Positions 8,176 to 17,411 of a stretch of 64,000 nucleotides of DNA are shown in pieces. Made by a program: the position numbers and the translations under genes. The notes beneath the pieces were generated by a model, which ran no database searches, was not told the DNA's origin, and saw only the letters and a program-made list of their open reading frames with translations. How positions within the stretch are numbered: position 1 is the first letter of the stretch; each line of letters begins with the position of its first letter. Origin of the DNA: Selenomonadaceae bacterium (GTDB taxonomy: Bacteria; Bacillota; Negativicutes; Selenomonadales; Selenomonadaceae); contig JAFRRH010000014.1 of assembly GCA_017428215.1 (NCBI GenBank), positions 10,112 through 74,111 of the forward strand. Direction: 5' to 3'.

Positions 8176-8872
8176 AATTTTTATGCTTTGTTTTGTGATA
8201 GCATTCCTGAGAACAATATTTTCTGTTGCGCGATTGGCGAAAACTCATCTCTTTGCCACATACAAGACATTTTTTAATCTCATGTTTGCGCAGAGATGCG
8301 AATAAACATTCACGGCTACAAAATTTCTGTTTTCCATATTTGTAAGCTGAAAATGGCTTGCCACACTGAGGACATATTCGAGTTTCATCATATATTTCAC
8401 GAGCCGCTGCGTAACGACATTCCGAAGAACAATACTTGTTAATTCCAGCGTGAAATGCTTCGTACTCTTTTCCGCAGTAGACACAAACGAACTTTTTCTT
8501 CTTCATTACAGGTTTAATATTTTTCTTCAATTCCTTGTGAAGTTGTTTATGTTCTTCCGTTGTAAGAAGTTGTAAATTCGAGATGTCGTTGTTGTCGTGA
8601 TTGAGGTCGCGATGATGAATCTCGTAACCGTCAGGAATTTCGCCGTTTACATATTGCCAAATGAACCGATGAAGAGTAATGGAGCAAAGATAGTTTCCGC
8701 GCCCATCTCTGTAAAAATTGATTCCGTTAAACGTTTTCTTTGTGTCTGTTACGGTTTTAATCGGTGGCATAATTCCTTCGACTTTGCAAATCATTTCTTC
8801 GACAGCAAACGATTCTTGCGGCGTCTCGACACTGTCGCGCAATAGTTTGAAAAGTCTTTCCTTATCTTTCAT
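8165..8872 (-). CDS. HNH endonuclease (NUMOD4/HNH_3-like N-terminus) with 3 tandem C4 zinc-ribbon units
   Basis: HRFIW...GYEIHHRDLNHDNNDISNLQLLTTEEHKQLH. Three repeats of CxxCGK..(9-11)..K(F/Y)CSxEC. Confidence 0.85.
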   Translation of the reverse strand: MKDKERLFKLLRDSVETPQESFAVEEMICKVEGIMPPIKTVTDTKKTFNGINFYRDGRGNYLCSITLHRFIWQYVNGEIPDGYEIHHRDLNHDNNDISNLQLLTTEEHKQLHKELKKNIKPVMKKKKFVCVYCGKEYEAFHAGINKYCSSECRYAAAREIYDETRICPQCGKPFSAYKYGKQKFCSRECLFASLRKHEIKKCLVCGKEMSFRQSRNRKYCSQECYHKTKHKNSIR

Positions 8873-8967
8873 AATATCGCCTCGCTAAAATTTTGACAAA
8901 CAGCCGACGAGACGTTAAAATAAATGTGCAAAGACGCCTCGACGGCTTTGGTTGATTTGACATCACC

Positions 8968-8996
8968 ATTTTAGCTTATCAAAGCGTCTTTAGCAA
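8968..8996 (-). promoter_or_regulatory. promoter of HNH cassette 1
   Basis: Minus strand TTGCTA (8991..8996), 17 nt, TAAAAT (8968..8973). Conserved in cassette 2. Confidence 0.45.
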
Positions 8997-9282
8997 TATT
9001 CGGCTGTCAATCGGTCGATTTTTTTTTGCACAGCTGGGTCAGCGGAATTATTCCGACGCTGATTGTCCTGCGCGTCGCAATGAATTCAATCGTTAAAATG
9101 GTAGGCAATGAAAAAATTGAGAAATTCGCGGGAGTCTGCGCGGGCAATTCGATTTAGTGCTACATCGTGTTGCCAGTTATAGGCGTGTTCTTCTTCTGCA
9201 ATCCGATGACGCTCTCGCTCGTAAAATTCATGCCGAATTTTAAATTTTTCTTAATGCAAGTGCAACGGGAAGTTGCCACACG

Positions 9283-9507
9283 TTGAACGGAATGTTTCCG
9301 CACATCAATCTCGGCGAATTGTTCGTTTATCTGGGTATTGCTAACGGAATTACGACGCTCGGACTTAACTCGGTTGACTTGGCACTTCGCTACTTGTTAA
9401 TTGGCATAGTTATTAACTTCATTCGCGGCTGGGTGACCGATTTTACAACGGCTTATGTTCAGAAGCAACAGGGCATTTCACTCAGCAAAACTTTGAAAAC
9501 GGCTTAA
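9283..9507 (+). CDS. hypothetical small hydrophobic protein
   Basis: ORF track only. Its stop is embedded in TAAGGAGGA, which serves the next small ORF (operon-like coupling). Confidence 0.3.
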   Translation: MNGMFPHINLGELFVYLGIANGITTLGLNSVDLALRYLLIGIVINFIRGWVTDFTTAYVQKQQGISLSKTLKTA

Positions 9508-9519
9508 GGAGGAATTAAC

Positions 9520-9630
9520 GTGGCTGATTATAAAGCGGTAGTCGTAAAAGCAGGTAGCGGCGGATTCGGCGGCTATTTTTTACGTTTTGAGGCATTAAAA
9601 CATTCACGCGAACAATATTTCCTTTTATGA
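9520..9630 (+). CDS. hypothetical 36-aa ORF (MADYKAVVVKAGSGGFGGY...), apparently truncated by the HNH cassette
   Basis: GTG 7 nt after AAGGAGGA. The last 58 nt are antisense to the HNH-2 coding sequence. Confidence 0.25.
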   Translation: MADYKAVVVKAGSGGFGGYFLRFEALKHSREQYFLL

Positions 9631-10352
9631 GAAGGAGAAGATTCAAAACTTTTTCCACATACTGGACAAATTATTTTTTCGCGGTTAAGCAAACTTTTTC
9701 TAAAACATTTATCAGAACAATATATTCGTTTAAGTGAAATTTTTGCAGTAAAGCTTTTGTTACATATTGGGCAGATTTTAATTTCATGTCTTTTTCTATA
9801 CTCACAACTACAATCTGCAGAACAAAATTTTTGATTTGAATCAATTCTGGCAGAAAATTCTTTTCCGCATTGAAGACATTTTCTAATCTCACGTTTTCTT
9901 TTTGTTTCAAGGTAACATTCTCTAGAACAAAATTTTCTTTTTGATGAAGGAATGGATTTAAACCTTTTTCCACATATTGGACAAATTATGGTCTCACTTG
10001 GTGCAGTATTCCAACCATGAATTTTTTTATGCTCGTCTTTTGTGAGTAACTCAAGATTGGAAATGTCGTTGTTGTCGTGATTAAAGTCGCGATGATGAAT
10101 TTCGTAACCGTCGGGAATTTTGCCGTTAAAATATGTCCAAATAAAGCGATGCATTACTACTGAACAGACAAAACGTCCTTGATTATTTTTGTAAAACTTA
10201 AAACCGCAACATTCTTGATGATTTTCGTCGACAACTTCAATTTTCGGCATAGTTCTTTCAATCTTTGAAATCATTTCTTCGACGGCGAGCGATTCTTGCG
10301 GGTTCTCAACACTTTCGCGCAGGAGTTTGAAAATTTTTTCCTTGTCTTTCAT
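9573..10352 (-). CDS. HNH endonuclease paralog with 4 tandem C4 zinc-ribbon units
   Basis: N-terminus collinear with the 8165..8872 product (MKDKEKIFKLLRESVENPQES..., HHRDFNHDNNDISNLELLTKDEHKKIH). ATG at 10352 preceded by GGAGG. The ORF-track start at 10409 is probably too far upstream. Confidence 0.85.
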   Translation of the reverse strand: MKDKEKIFKLLRESVENPQESLAVEEMISKIERTMPKIEVVDENHQECCGFKFYKNNQGRFVCSVVMHRFIWTYFNGKIPDGYEIHHRDFNHDNNDISNLELLTKDEHKKIHGWNTAPSETIICPICGKRFKSIPSSKRKFCSRECYLETKRKREIRKCLQCGKEFSARIDSNQKFCSADCSCEYRKRHEIKICPICNKSFTAKISLKRIYCSDKCFRKSLLNREKIICPVCGKSFESSPSHKRKYCSRECFNASKRKK

Positions 10353-10446
10353 GATAACGCCTCCAAATTTTTGACAAACAGCCGCTGAGACGTTAAAATA
10401 AATGTGCAAAGACGCCTCGATGGCTTGTGTTTACCTTGACAGTAAC

Positions 10447-10475
10447 ATTTTAGCTTATCGGAGCGTTTTCTGCAA
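10447..10475 (-). promoter_or_regulatory. promoter of HNH cassette 2
   Basis: Minus strand TTGCAG (10470..10475), 17 nt, TAAAAT (10447..10452). Confidence 0.45.
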
Positions 10476-10528
10476 TATTCGGCTGTAAATCAGTCGATTT
10501 TTTCTTCACGGATTAAAATTTTCGGCGT

Positions 10529-10957
10529 TTGAAAGTGCAAAGTGCAAATTCCACATATATGGAATTTGTGTATACACGATTTGTCGCGGTTATCGCGAAT
10601 TTGCTCTCGCCGCTCGCAGGTAATATCGTCGGGCTTGTGATTTTGTCGTGTATATGTTCGTTCCCGTTCTTGTCTCCATTCTTGGGACCAGGCGCGGTTA
10701 TCGCTCAAGTTATCGGTGTTTTAATCGGCGTTCAAATCGGCGAAGGCAATATTCCCCCGCATTTGGCATTGCCCGCACTTTTCGCTATCAACGCTCAATG
10801 TGCTTGCGACTTCGTTCCTGTTGGCTTAGGTCTTGCTGAGGCTGAAGCTGAAACTGTCGAAGTCGGCGTTCCCTCCGTGCTGTATTCGCGCTTTATCACT
10901 GGTCCAATTTCCGTTATTCTCGCTTGGCTCGCTAGTTTCGGTCTCTACGAATCATAA
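10529..10957 (+). CDS. hypothetical hydrophobic Gly/Val/Ile-rich protein
   Basis: ORF track only. No motif recognised and no clear RBS. Confidence 0.25.
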   Translation: MKVQSANSTYMEFVYTRFVAVIANLLSPLAGNIVGLVILSCICSFPFLSPFLGPGAVIAQVIGVLIGVQIGEGNIPPHLALPALFAINAQCACDFVPVGLGLAEAEAETVEVGVPSVLYSRFITGPISVILAWLASFGLYES

Positions 10958-11014
10958 AAAAAATAAGCGAGCATAAGACTCGCGTAAAAAAATATAAAGG
11001 CAGGTAATTATACA

Positions 11015-12223
11015 ATGGCAGAAAAGATTTATTCAAGTAAAATCGTCGAACTCGGCGGACAAGTCGGCGACTTCATCGCGGCGGCAAATATGATTATCAT
11101 GTTCGAGGAATCTCTCGCTCTGCCCGAATTGCGCGACGCTTGCGTTATGCACACCGGCAACGAACTTTCCGGCATGATTAAACCCGGCAATATTTACAAA
11201 ATCGCGGGCACCGAATTTAAAATCGTCAAAGTCGGCTCCGAAGTTCAGAAAAATTTGATGAATCTCGGACATATCACGATTAAATTCGACGGCGGTAGCG
11301 GCGAACTTTTAGAAGGCTCCATTCACGTCGAAGAAAAGCCCGTTCCCACAATTAAAGCCGGCGATATGATCGAAATTTTCAAGCGCGAGGATAAAAGAAT
11401 CGCTGACGGCTCTTGGCTCGGCTTAAAAGGTAAAACTGCTGTCGTAACCGGCGCGGCAAGCGGTATCGGCAAGGCTGTTGCTCAAGCTTTCCTCGATAAC
11501 GGCGCAAATGTTGTCGTCTGCGATTTAAATCCCAATGAACCCGAATTTAACATCACAGAAGACAGCGGCAAGGTTAAATATGTCATCACGAACGTAGCGG
11601 AGGCGGCAAGCGTCGAAGCTATGGTTAAAACCGCTCTCGATACCTTCGGATAAATTGATATTCTTGTAAACAACGCGGGCATTAACATTCCTTGCTTGCT
11701 CGTCGACCCCAAAGATCCGCACGGCAAATACGAACTTAACGAAAAAATTTACGATAAAGTCACAGGCGTTAATATCAAAGGCGTTTATCTCGTCGCGCAG
11801 GCTGTCGGTCATGAAATGGTTAAGGCGGGCGGCGGAGTTATCATCAATATGAGCAGTGAATCTGGTTTGGAAGGCTCGGAAGGTCAAAGCATTTACGCCG
11901 CAACTAAAAATGCCGTCAATAGTTTCACTCGCAGTTGGGCTAAAGAACTCGGCAGATATAAAGTTCGCGTCGTCGGCATGGCTCCCGGCATTATGGAGGC
12001 GACCGGGCTTAGAACTCTCGCTTACGAAGAGGCTTTAGCTTATACTCGCGGCATTACCGTTGATGATTTGCGCAAAGGTTACAGTTCAACTAAGACAACT
12101 CCGCTTGGGCGCAGTGGCAAACTCTCCGAAGTCGCCGACGCCGTTGTATTCTTGGCAAGTGACAGGGCGTCTTATGTTGACGGCGTAACTGTTAATGTTG
12201 CGGGCGGCAAAACTCGCGGCTAA
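11015..12223 (+). pseudogene. PTS IIA(Gut/SrlB)-domain fused to a sorbitol-6-P-dehydrogenase-like SDR, interrupted by an in-frame TAA at 11651..11653
   Basis: N-terminus aligns by eye with SrlB (LGHITIKFDG, GSIHVEE). SDR motifs TGAASGIG, then DTFG-TAA-IDILVNNAG, YAATK. Both ORFs (11015.. and 11696..) are in the same frame. Confidence 0.8.
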
Positions 12224-12260
12224 TTCTTAAACCAACTTACCACTTCCCCAAAAATTTAAA

Positions 12261-12297
12261 AACCCTCCGGCAAAATGCTTGAGGGTTCTTTTTTTAT
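12261..12297 (+). terminator. intrinsic terminator after the SDR gene
   Basis: AACCCTC, 13-nt loop, GAGGGTT, then CTTTTTTT. Confidence 0.7.
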
Positions 12298-12300
12298 GAT

Positions 12301-12882
12301 TTATGCTTCTAAAAACTTTATCGCGACGTCATCGCTCTTTTCAATCGCCATTTCTACCGCTTTTTTAGCATTGAATAACAATTTTTCTGACTCGCTACGC
12401 AGTTTGAATGATTCCGACACCTGCGCGGCGATTTTTTCTTGGATTTCTCGCTCAATCACTGGCAACGGCAAGCTTAAAAAATTTTCTCGTGATATTGCCG
12501 TTAAAATCGTACCCGTGCATTGTTGACGCATTAAATTTTGCATTAACTCCTATTTAAACAGCACTAACAATGTCTCCGAATTGAATTTTTTTGAATCTAT
12601 CACGAAAAATACCGTCGAACATAACGCGCCGTCCAATTCTTCCGTTATCAATGCGCAATTCCGCAATGAACCCTCGATTGACGAAATAATTACTTGTCCT
12701 TTTTTGAGCATTCGCCGTGCTCGCGTAGGTAATTCTTCGCCTAAAATTTCATCTGGCGTCGAAATATTTCTGTTTGATTTGACGTTCGCAAGTTCAATGT
12801 ATTTGTAAATTGTTTTCGGATTCGGCATAAAATTTTTGTCATGAATTTCGCAAAGTTCGCTGACCGTTCCCGCTATTGTCAT
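12301..12882 (-). pseudogene. hsdS: orphan half-size type I R-M specificity subunit (HsdS, one TRD + one conserved region) with an in-frame TAG at 12550..12552
   Basis: TRD-like YKYIELANV...KKGQVIISSI...STVFFV, then the conserved region GTILTAISRENFLSLPLPV...EREIQEKI. Both ORFs share one frame. No hsdM or hsdR nearby. Confidence 0.7.
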
Positions 12883-13246
12883 TAAATTTTTCCAGTCGTT
12901 TTACTTTGGTTGATAATTTTGCCTATGACATTTAATAAAAATTTCCTCGAATGCGTTATAGAGGCAAAGAATAAGGCTGATATACGTTATAATTTGACCA
13001 GTAGGATTATTCGCCAAATTCGTTTTACAAAACCTAAAAATTTGAGGTATCGCTACGAGATAAATTTCAAGAATGTCGCTCCATTCAAGACCACTGCAGA
13101 CACATTGATATATCCATCCCTTAAGTTTTAATTATCGCGTCTTTAAGTTAATGCCATTGCCCATTTTGCTTAAACGTTTGTGAACAAATTTTGTAAGACG
13201 CAAAAAAAATCCCCACTGCATAGCGCGGCGGAGAGTTTTTTTATGC

Positions 13247-14998
13247 TTATAAAGTTGCACCGAAAATCTCGATAATATCTTGGCTATTGCGGTCGGAAAC
13301 ACTTCTGCCCGTTAGGCTTTCAATTTTATCAAGAATATTTTTAGCTCTGTCGACAACAAAATCGTCGAATTTATCTGCATGGCAGAGGTTAGCGTCGGCG
13401 AAATGTGACTTGAGAAAATCATCAACGTCATTACTTGAACAGCCCGTTTTGTTTTGAATGTTCGTCAGATATTTGCTCGGTGGTTTATCACGAATCATTT
13501 TATTTGTACTGCCTAAAATCGGAGTTTTATTGGCAATGCTGTCGTACTTATTCTCCGGATAACCTTGTTGTATGCAATATTCTTTCGGGAAAATATGATG
13601 AATATCGATGCTCTCGGCGTAAGCGGCACTTGAACTCATGCTGTTGTTGGCAAGAAAATCCTTCGCGCCATTCCGGAAGATTATCGAAATGATTCCCTTA
13701 TAAGCCGCCGAAGTTCTCGTCTTTAAAAACAAAAGACGCAACGCGCTCATTTGCGTTTCGTTAATCATCTTTGGAGCGTTGCCATTAGCAATCCAATCTG
13801 TAATCTCTGAAATATCGCGCCCATAACGAGTTTCTTGCGCCGATCTGTAAGATTCGCCGAAAACGCCGCACCAATACCATTGTCGGATTTTATTTATATC
13901 TACCTTGACGCCACTCAATTTTAATTGCGCGAAAATCGCCGACATGGGGATAAGTTGCGTCGCGTAGGGAAGATATTTTTTTGCTCTGATACATTCACCG
14001 TCGAGAAATTCTGCGCAACTGGTAAACCCTTCGATAAGAGAATCTTTATACTGCAAATAATCGGAGCCGTTCAAATTTAAAATGTCTTCGCGTTTGCAAC
14101 TGGCGGCACGACCTTTCCGATAAGTCGCCAACAAAGTTAAAGCCGTGACAAAATCCGTTGCGCTTACCACGTCTAATACGGCAGAATTCGGGTCGCTTGA
14201 AAATTTTGCTCGAATTTCTTTCCAATCTTCAGGAAGATTTATGCGTTTTCCGGTTGTGTTATCTGGATAAATCGCAAGAATCGCCGTCAACAATTCAAAT
14301 ACTGTTAACTCCGTGCCGCCCGTGTTTACTTTCTCGAAAATCTTGCAGACTATTGCTATCGGCGTAGTCTTTTCAAGCTTAATATAAACAATTTTGTAAG
14401 CAATACAGTTCTTAATGACACGGTCTTCAAATTCTTTCGCGAATATCACCGCTGAAGGATTAGTCGCATTTTTTACAATGTAATCCATAATCCAACCGTC
14501 GCGAATGATTTTATTAAGCGGAGCTATATTTGCGGCAAATTCTTTTTCGGGCGTCGACAAGTCCAAAGTCTTTGTTTTCTTATTCTCTGGAACTGAAATA
14601 ATCATGCTTTCAACATTCGTGGAATTTTTTATCGATTCGACTGCCTTCTTCATGTCTACATAATAATAGCGTTTTGTGCCGTCGGGAAGCTCCACAGGAT
14701 TTTTAGAATAAAGTGCACAGAAAAGCGAAGTCAACCGCTGTTGCCCGTCTAAGACTAAATATCTCGGCGTGCCAGAGGTTGAAACGCCCTTTATCGGCTT
14801 ATAAGAAAATTTTGTCTTATCTGCGTCACACTCAAGGAGCATGATTGAATTTATCGGGAAACCGCGAATAACGCTTTCAATCAGCGATTTAATCTGGTCG
14901 TCATTCCAAACCCAATCGCGCTGAAAATCGGGGATTTGCAATTCGTTGTCTTTTATGCTTTCTAACAATTTTCCGAGAACAAAGCTTTCAGATTCCAA
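13247..14998 (-). CDS. GmrSD-family type IV (modification-dependent) restriction endonuclease, DUF262 + DUF1524
   Basis: N-terminal IPDFQRDWVW and DGQQRLTS (DUF262). C-terminal IDIHHIFPKEY...NKTPILGSTNKMIRDK (His-Me finger, DUF1524). TTG start 8 nt after AGGAGG. Confidence 0.85.
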   Translation of the reverse strand: MESESFVLGKLLESIKDNELQIPDFQRDWVWNDDQIKSLIESVIRGFPINSIMLLECDADKTKFSYKPIKGVSTSGTPRYLVLDGQQRLTSLFCALYSKNPVELPDGTKRYYYVDMKKAVESIKNSTNVESMIISVPENKKTKTLDLSTPEKEFAANIAPLNKIIRDGWIMDYIVKNATNPSAVIFAKEFEDRVIKNCIAYKIVYIKLEKTTPIAIVCKIFEKVNTGGTELTVFELLTAILAIYPDNTTGKRINLPEDWKEIRAKFSSDPNSAVLDVVSATDFVTALTLLATYRKGRAASCKREDILNLNGSDYLQYKDSLIEGFTSCAEFLDGECIRAKKYLPYATQLIPMSAIFAQLKLSGVKVDINKIRQWYWCGVFGESYRSAQETRYGRDISEITDWIANGNAPKMINETQMSALRLLFLKTRTSAAYKGIISIIFRNGAKDFLANNSMSSSAAYAESIDIHHIFPKEYCIQQGYPENKYDSIANKTPILGSTNKMIRDKPPSKYLTNIQNKTGCSSNDVDDFLKSHFADANLCHADKFDDFVVDRAKNILDKIESLTGRSVSDRNSQDIIEIFGATL

Positions 14999-15030
14999 AC
15001 AAATTACCTCCTATTACAAAATTTTTTATA

Positions 15031-15059
15031 AGTTTATCACCAGTATAATTAGCTGTCAA
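15031..15059 (-). promoter_or_regulatory. promoter of the GmrSD-like gene
   Basis: Minus strand TTGACA (15054..15059), 17 nt, TAAACT (15031..15036). Confidence 0.55.
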
Positions 15060-15093
15060 ACAAAAACGAGACAAGCCCTAAAGCTCGTCCCGT
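15058..15093 (-). terminator. rpsO intrinsic terminator
   Basis: Minus strand ACGGGACGAG, loop, CUUGUCUCGU (two G-U pairs) followed by a U-run. Confidence 0.7.
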
Positions 15094-15113
15094 TCGTGTG
15101 CTTATATAAAAAA

Positions 15114-15380
15114 TTATTTGCGCAAATTGAGTTGTGCAAGAATTTCGCGGTAGCGATTGATGTCCTTTTTGTTAAGGTAGTTCAAAAGGCGGCGGCGTTG
15201 ACCGACCATTTTCAACAGCCCGCGACGCGAATGATGATCTTTCTTGTGCTGTTTAAGGTGCTCGGTGAGGTAAGCAATACGAGCCGTCAAAAGTGCGATT
15301 TGAACTTCGGGGGAGCCGGTGTCGCCTTCGTGCACGGCGAATTTCTCCATAATCTCCTGCTTTGCTTGTTTGTCTAACAT
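15114..15380 (-). CDS. rpsO: 30S ribosomal protein S15
   Basis: 88 aa. [14 protein letters not shown]...[15 protein letters not shown] signature. Confidence 0.97.
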   Translation of the reverse strand: MLDKQAKQEIMEKFAVHEGDTGSPEVQIALLTARIAYLTEHLKQHKKDHHSRRGLLKMVGQRRRLLNYLNKKDINRYREILAQLNLRK

Positions 15381-15467
15381 GTATCGTATCCTCCTGTGTA
15401 GAAATTTTTCCTGTAGCGAAGTCCGCGTCGGAGTGTCGACGAACCGCGCTAAGGTTAAGATTGACGC

Positions 15468-15496
15468 AGTTTAACATAAGAATTTTTTCGCGTCAA
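15468..15496 (-). promoter_or_regulatory. rpsO promoter, followed by a ~85-nt structured leader
   Basis: Minus strand TTGACG (15491..15496), 17 nt, TAAACT (15468..15473). Confidence 0.55.
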
Positions 15497-15501
15497 CATT
15501 A

Positions 15502-16230
15502 TCATACCAAGGACAAAAATTTTTCGCGCTTTAATTCGGCTAAGGCGGGGTCTTTAGCTCCATTCAGTGCAAAAGCTTGCGCCCTATCAATACACGTAGC
15601 ACATTGACCGCAGGGAATATCGCCGCGCTCGTAACAGCTCCAAGTTAAGTGATACGGCGCACCAAGTTCCAAACCAACCTTAACGACATCGGCTTTTCTT
15701 TGACAGAGGAAGGGCGCAACGATATGAACTTTTTCATACGTGCCGATTCGGATTGCCGCGCTCATAGAGGCTACGAATTTCGCGCTACAGTCGGCGTAGG
15801 CATGCCCTTCCGCGTTGTCGTCGGAGTGCACGCCGATATAAAGCTCAACCGAATCATCGTTAAAAAGCCCGTCCGCAAAACTTGCCGCCATAGACAGCAT
15901 AAGCCCATTACGGAAAGGAACGTAGGTTGCAATGCGCGGCGAATGATTTTTTTTAATCTGCGCGGCGTAGGAACTTTTTTCTAGCGATTCTGTCGAACTG
16001 TTAAGCAAGGCTGAATTAGAATGACGAAAAATTTCTGCGGCGTCAAGTTCGTAGTGCGCGACATTGTAAAATTTGGCGACGTTGCGAGCCGCTTCAAGTT
16101 CTTTTACATGGCGTTGACCGTAGAAGACTGATAAAGCAGCAACATTTTCCGCGCCGAGTTTATTTACCGCAATGGCTAGACACGTCGTCGAATCCAGCCC
16201 GCCACTTGAGAGAACGATTGCCTTATTCAT
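15502..16230 (-). CDS. queC: 7-cyano-7-deazaguanine synthase
   Basis: MNKAIVLSSGGLDSTT PP-loop and C-terminal CGxCxxC cluster. ATG at 16230 overlaps the upstream stop (ATGA). Confidence 0.9.
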   Translation of the reverse strand: MNKAIVLSSGGLDSTTCLAIAVNKLGAENVAALSVFYGQRHVKELEAARNVAKFYNVAHYELDAAEIFRHSNSALLNSSTESLEKSSYAAQIKKNHSPRIATYVPFRNGLMLSMAASFADGLFNDDSVELYIGVHSDDNAEGHAYADCSAKFVASMSAAIRIGTYEKVHIVAPFLCQRKADVVKVGLELGAPYHLTWSCYERGDIPCGQCATCIDRAQAFALNGAKDPALAELKREKFLSLV

Positions 16231-16490
16231 TGTGCTACCTCGAAAACTTTCTTTACATTGGCAAAACACTCTTCGTAACTTTCGCCTGGGTGTGCCTCGT
16301 AAATTTTTTTACCGTCAACGTACATACTCGGCACGTAATAATAATCGGTAAACTTTTCAGCAAGTTTTGGTTGAAAATTTTCGTCGATAATCTCAAGCTC
16401 AGTTGTCGAATGCCCAAGTTCGTTAATCGCTTTGAAAGCCGCCGCGCAGTACGGACAGCCCTCCATTTTAATCAGCGTGATTTTTTTCAT
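16227..16490 (-). CDS. glutaredoxin/thioredoxin-fold protein (CPYC)
   Basis: 87 aa, CPYC motif near the N-terminus. Confidence 0.7.
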   Translation of the reverse strand: MKKITLIKMEGCPYCAAAFKAINELGHSTTELEIIDENFQPKLAEKFTDYYYVPSMYVDGKKIYEAHPGESYEECFANVKKVFEVAQ

Positions 16491-16502
16491 GCTAAGCCCT
16501 CC

Positions 16503-17408
16503 TTAACTAGCTAGAACCTCCGCGCCATTTTCCGTTATTAAAATAGTTTTCTCCCATTGCGCCGATAAACTGCCGTCCGCCGTCCGAACCGTCCAATGAT
16601 CGTCTGTATCAGTCGTAACGTTATATTTGCCCGCGTTAATCATCGGCTCAACCGTTAGGACAATGCCAGGCACGAGCAACATTCCGGTATCAGCTTTGCA
16701 ATTATGACTTACGAACGGTTCCAAGTGAAATTTTTTCCCGACGCCATGACCGCCCAAATCCGTAACAACCGAATAGCCGTTATCGTGCGCCATTTTACCG
16801 CAAGCCGCGCCAATATCCCCGACGAAATGCCACGCCTTAGCCGCCGCAATTCCCGCCTCCATAATGTCGTGCGTCACGTCGATTAATCTTTGGGCTTCGG
16901 GAGAAATTTCGCCGACGGTGTACATGCGCGAGGCGTCTGCAAAATAGCCGTCCAAATCCGTCGTAATGTCAATATTGAGAATATCACCCGACTTGAGAAT
17001 TTCCTTGCGCGAGGGTATGCCGTGACAGACAACATTATTGACAGAAATACAAATGCTCTTCGGATAACCTTCAAAGCCGAGACAACTTGGATTAGCCCCG
17101 TGACTTACAATGAATTCGTGCGCGGCGTCGTTTAACGTCAAAGTATCGACACCCTCTTTAACCAGCTCGCTCATAAGGTCTAGTGCACCCGTGTTGATAA
17201 CTGCCGCCCGTTTAATGCCCTCAATGTCAGCCGCGTTGTTAATTAATCTTTTCGGCGGGCGAACTTGATTTTTGGCTTTGATAAATTTTATCTCGTCAAT
17301 TCGGGCGTCAAAATCCGCGTGACATTTTTTATATTTTTTGCCACTGCCGCACCAACACGGGTCGTTTCGTTTCATATTTTGCAACATCTCCCTGAAAAAC
17401 TTTAGCAT
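16503..17408 (-). CDS. map: type I methionine aminopeptidase with N-terminal SEC-C zinc motif
   Basis: DPCWCGSGKKYKKCH, followed by the M24A core (VCHGIP, DITT, GHGVG). Confidence 0.95.
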   Translation of the reverse strand: MLKFFREMLQNMKRNDPCWCGSGKKYKKCHADFDARIDEIKFIKAKNQVRPPKRLINNAADIEGIKRAAVINTGALDLMSELVKEGVDTLTLNDAAHEFIVSHGANPSCLGFEGYPKSICISVNNVVCHGIPSRKEILKSGDILNIDITTDLDGYFADASRMYTVGEISPEAQRLIDVTHDIMEAGIAAAKAWHFVGDIGAACGKMAHDNGYSVVTDLGGHGVGKKFHLEPFVSHNCKADTGMLLVPGIVLTVEPMINAGKYNVTTDTDDHWTVRTADGSLSAQWEKTILITENGAEVLAS

Positions 17409-17411
17409 AAA

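Noticed and set aside
7808-8305. 165-aa plus-strand ORF overlapping both 7744..8175 and the HNH gene
   Set aside because: It lies in an alternative frame of a better ORF and is antisense to a motif-supported HNH coding sequence. Its composition is low-complexity, it has no RBS, and it is likely spurious.
10955-10990. Hairpin GCGAG-cataaga-CTCGC flanked by A-runs as a terminator of the 10529..10957 ORF
   Set aside because: The T-run lies on the wrong side for plus-strand termination (it would only work for minus-strand transcripts, and none is predicted here), and the stem is only 5 bp.
12910-13131. 73-aa plus-strand ORF in the gap between the GmrSD gene and hsdS
   Set aside because: AT-rich low-complexity sequence with no RBS. 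The opposite strand is also open in the same phase. It is more likely debris of deleted R-M genes than a gene.
15381-15467. Possible S15 autoregulatory leader structure upstream of rpsO
   Set aside because: Hairpins can be drawn (for example GTCGACACTCCGAC). I cannot match them by eye to a defined S15-binding fold, so this is left as a note in the promoter feature only.
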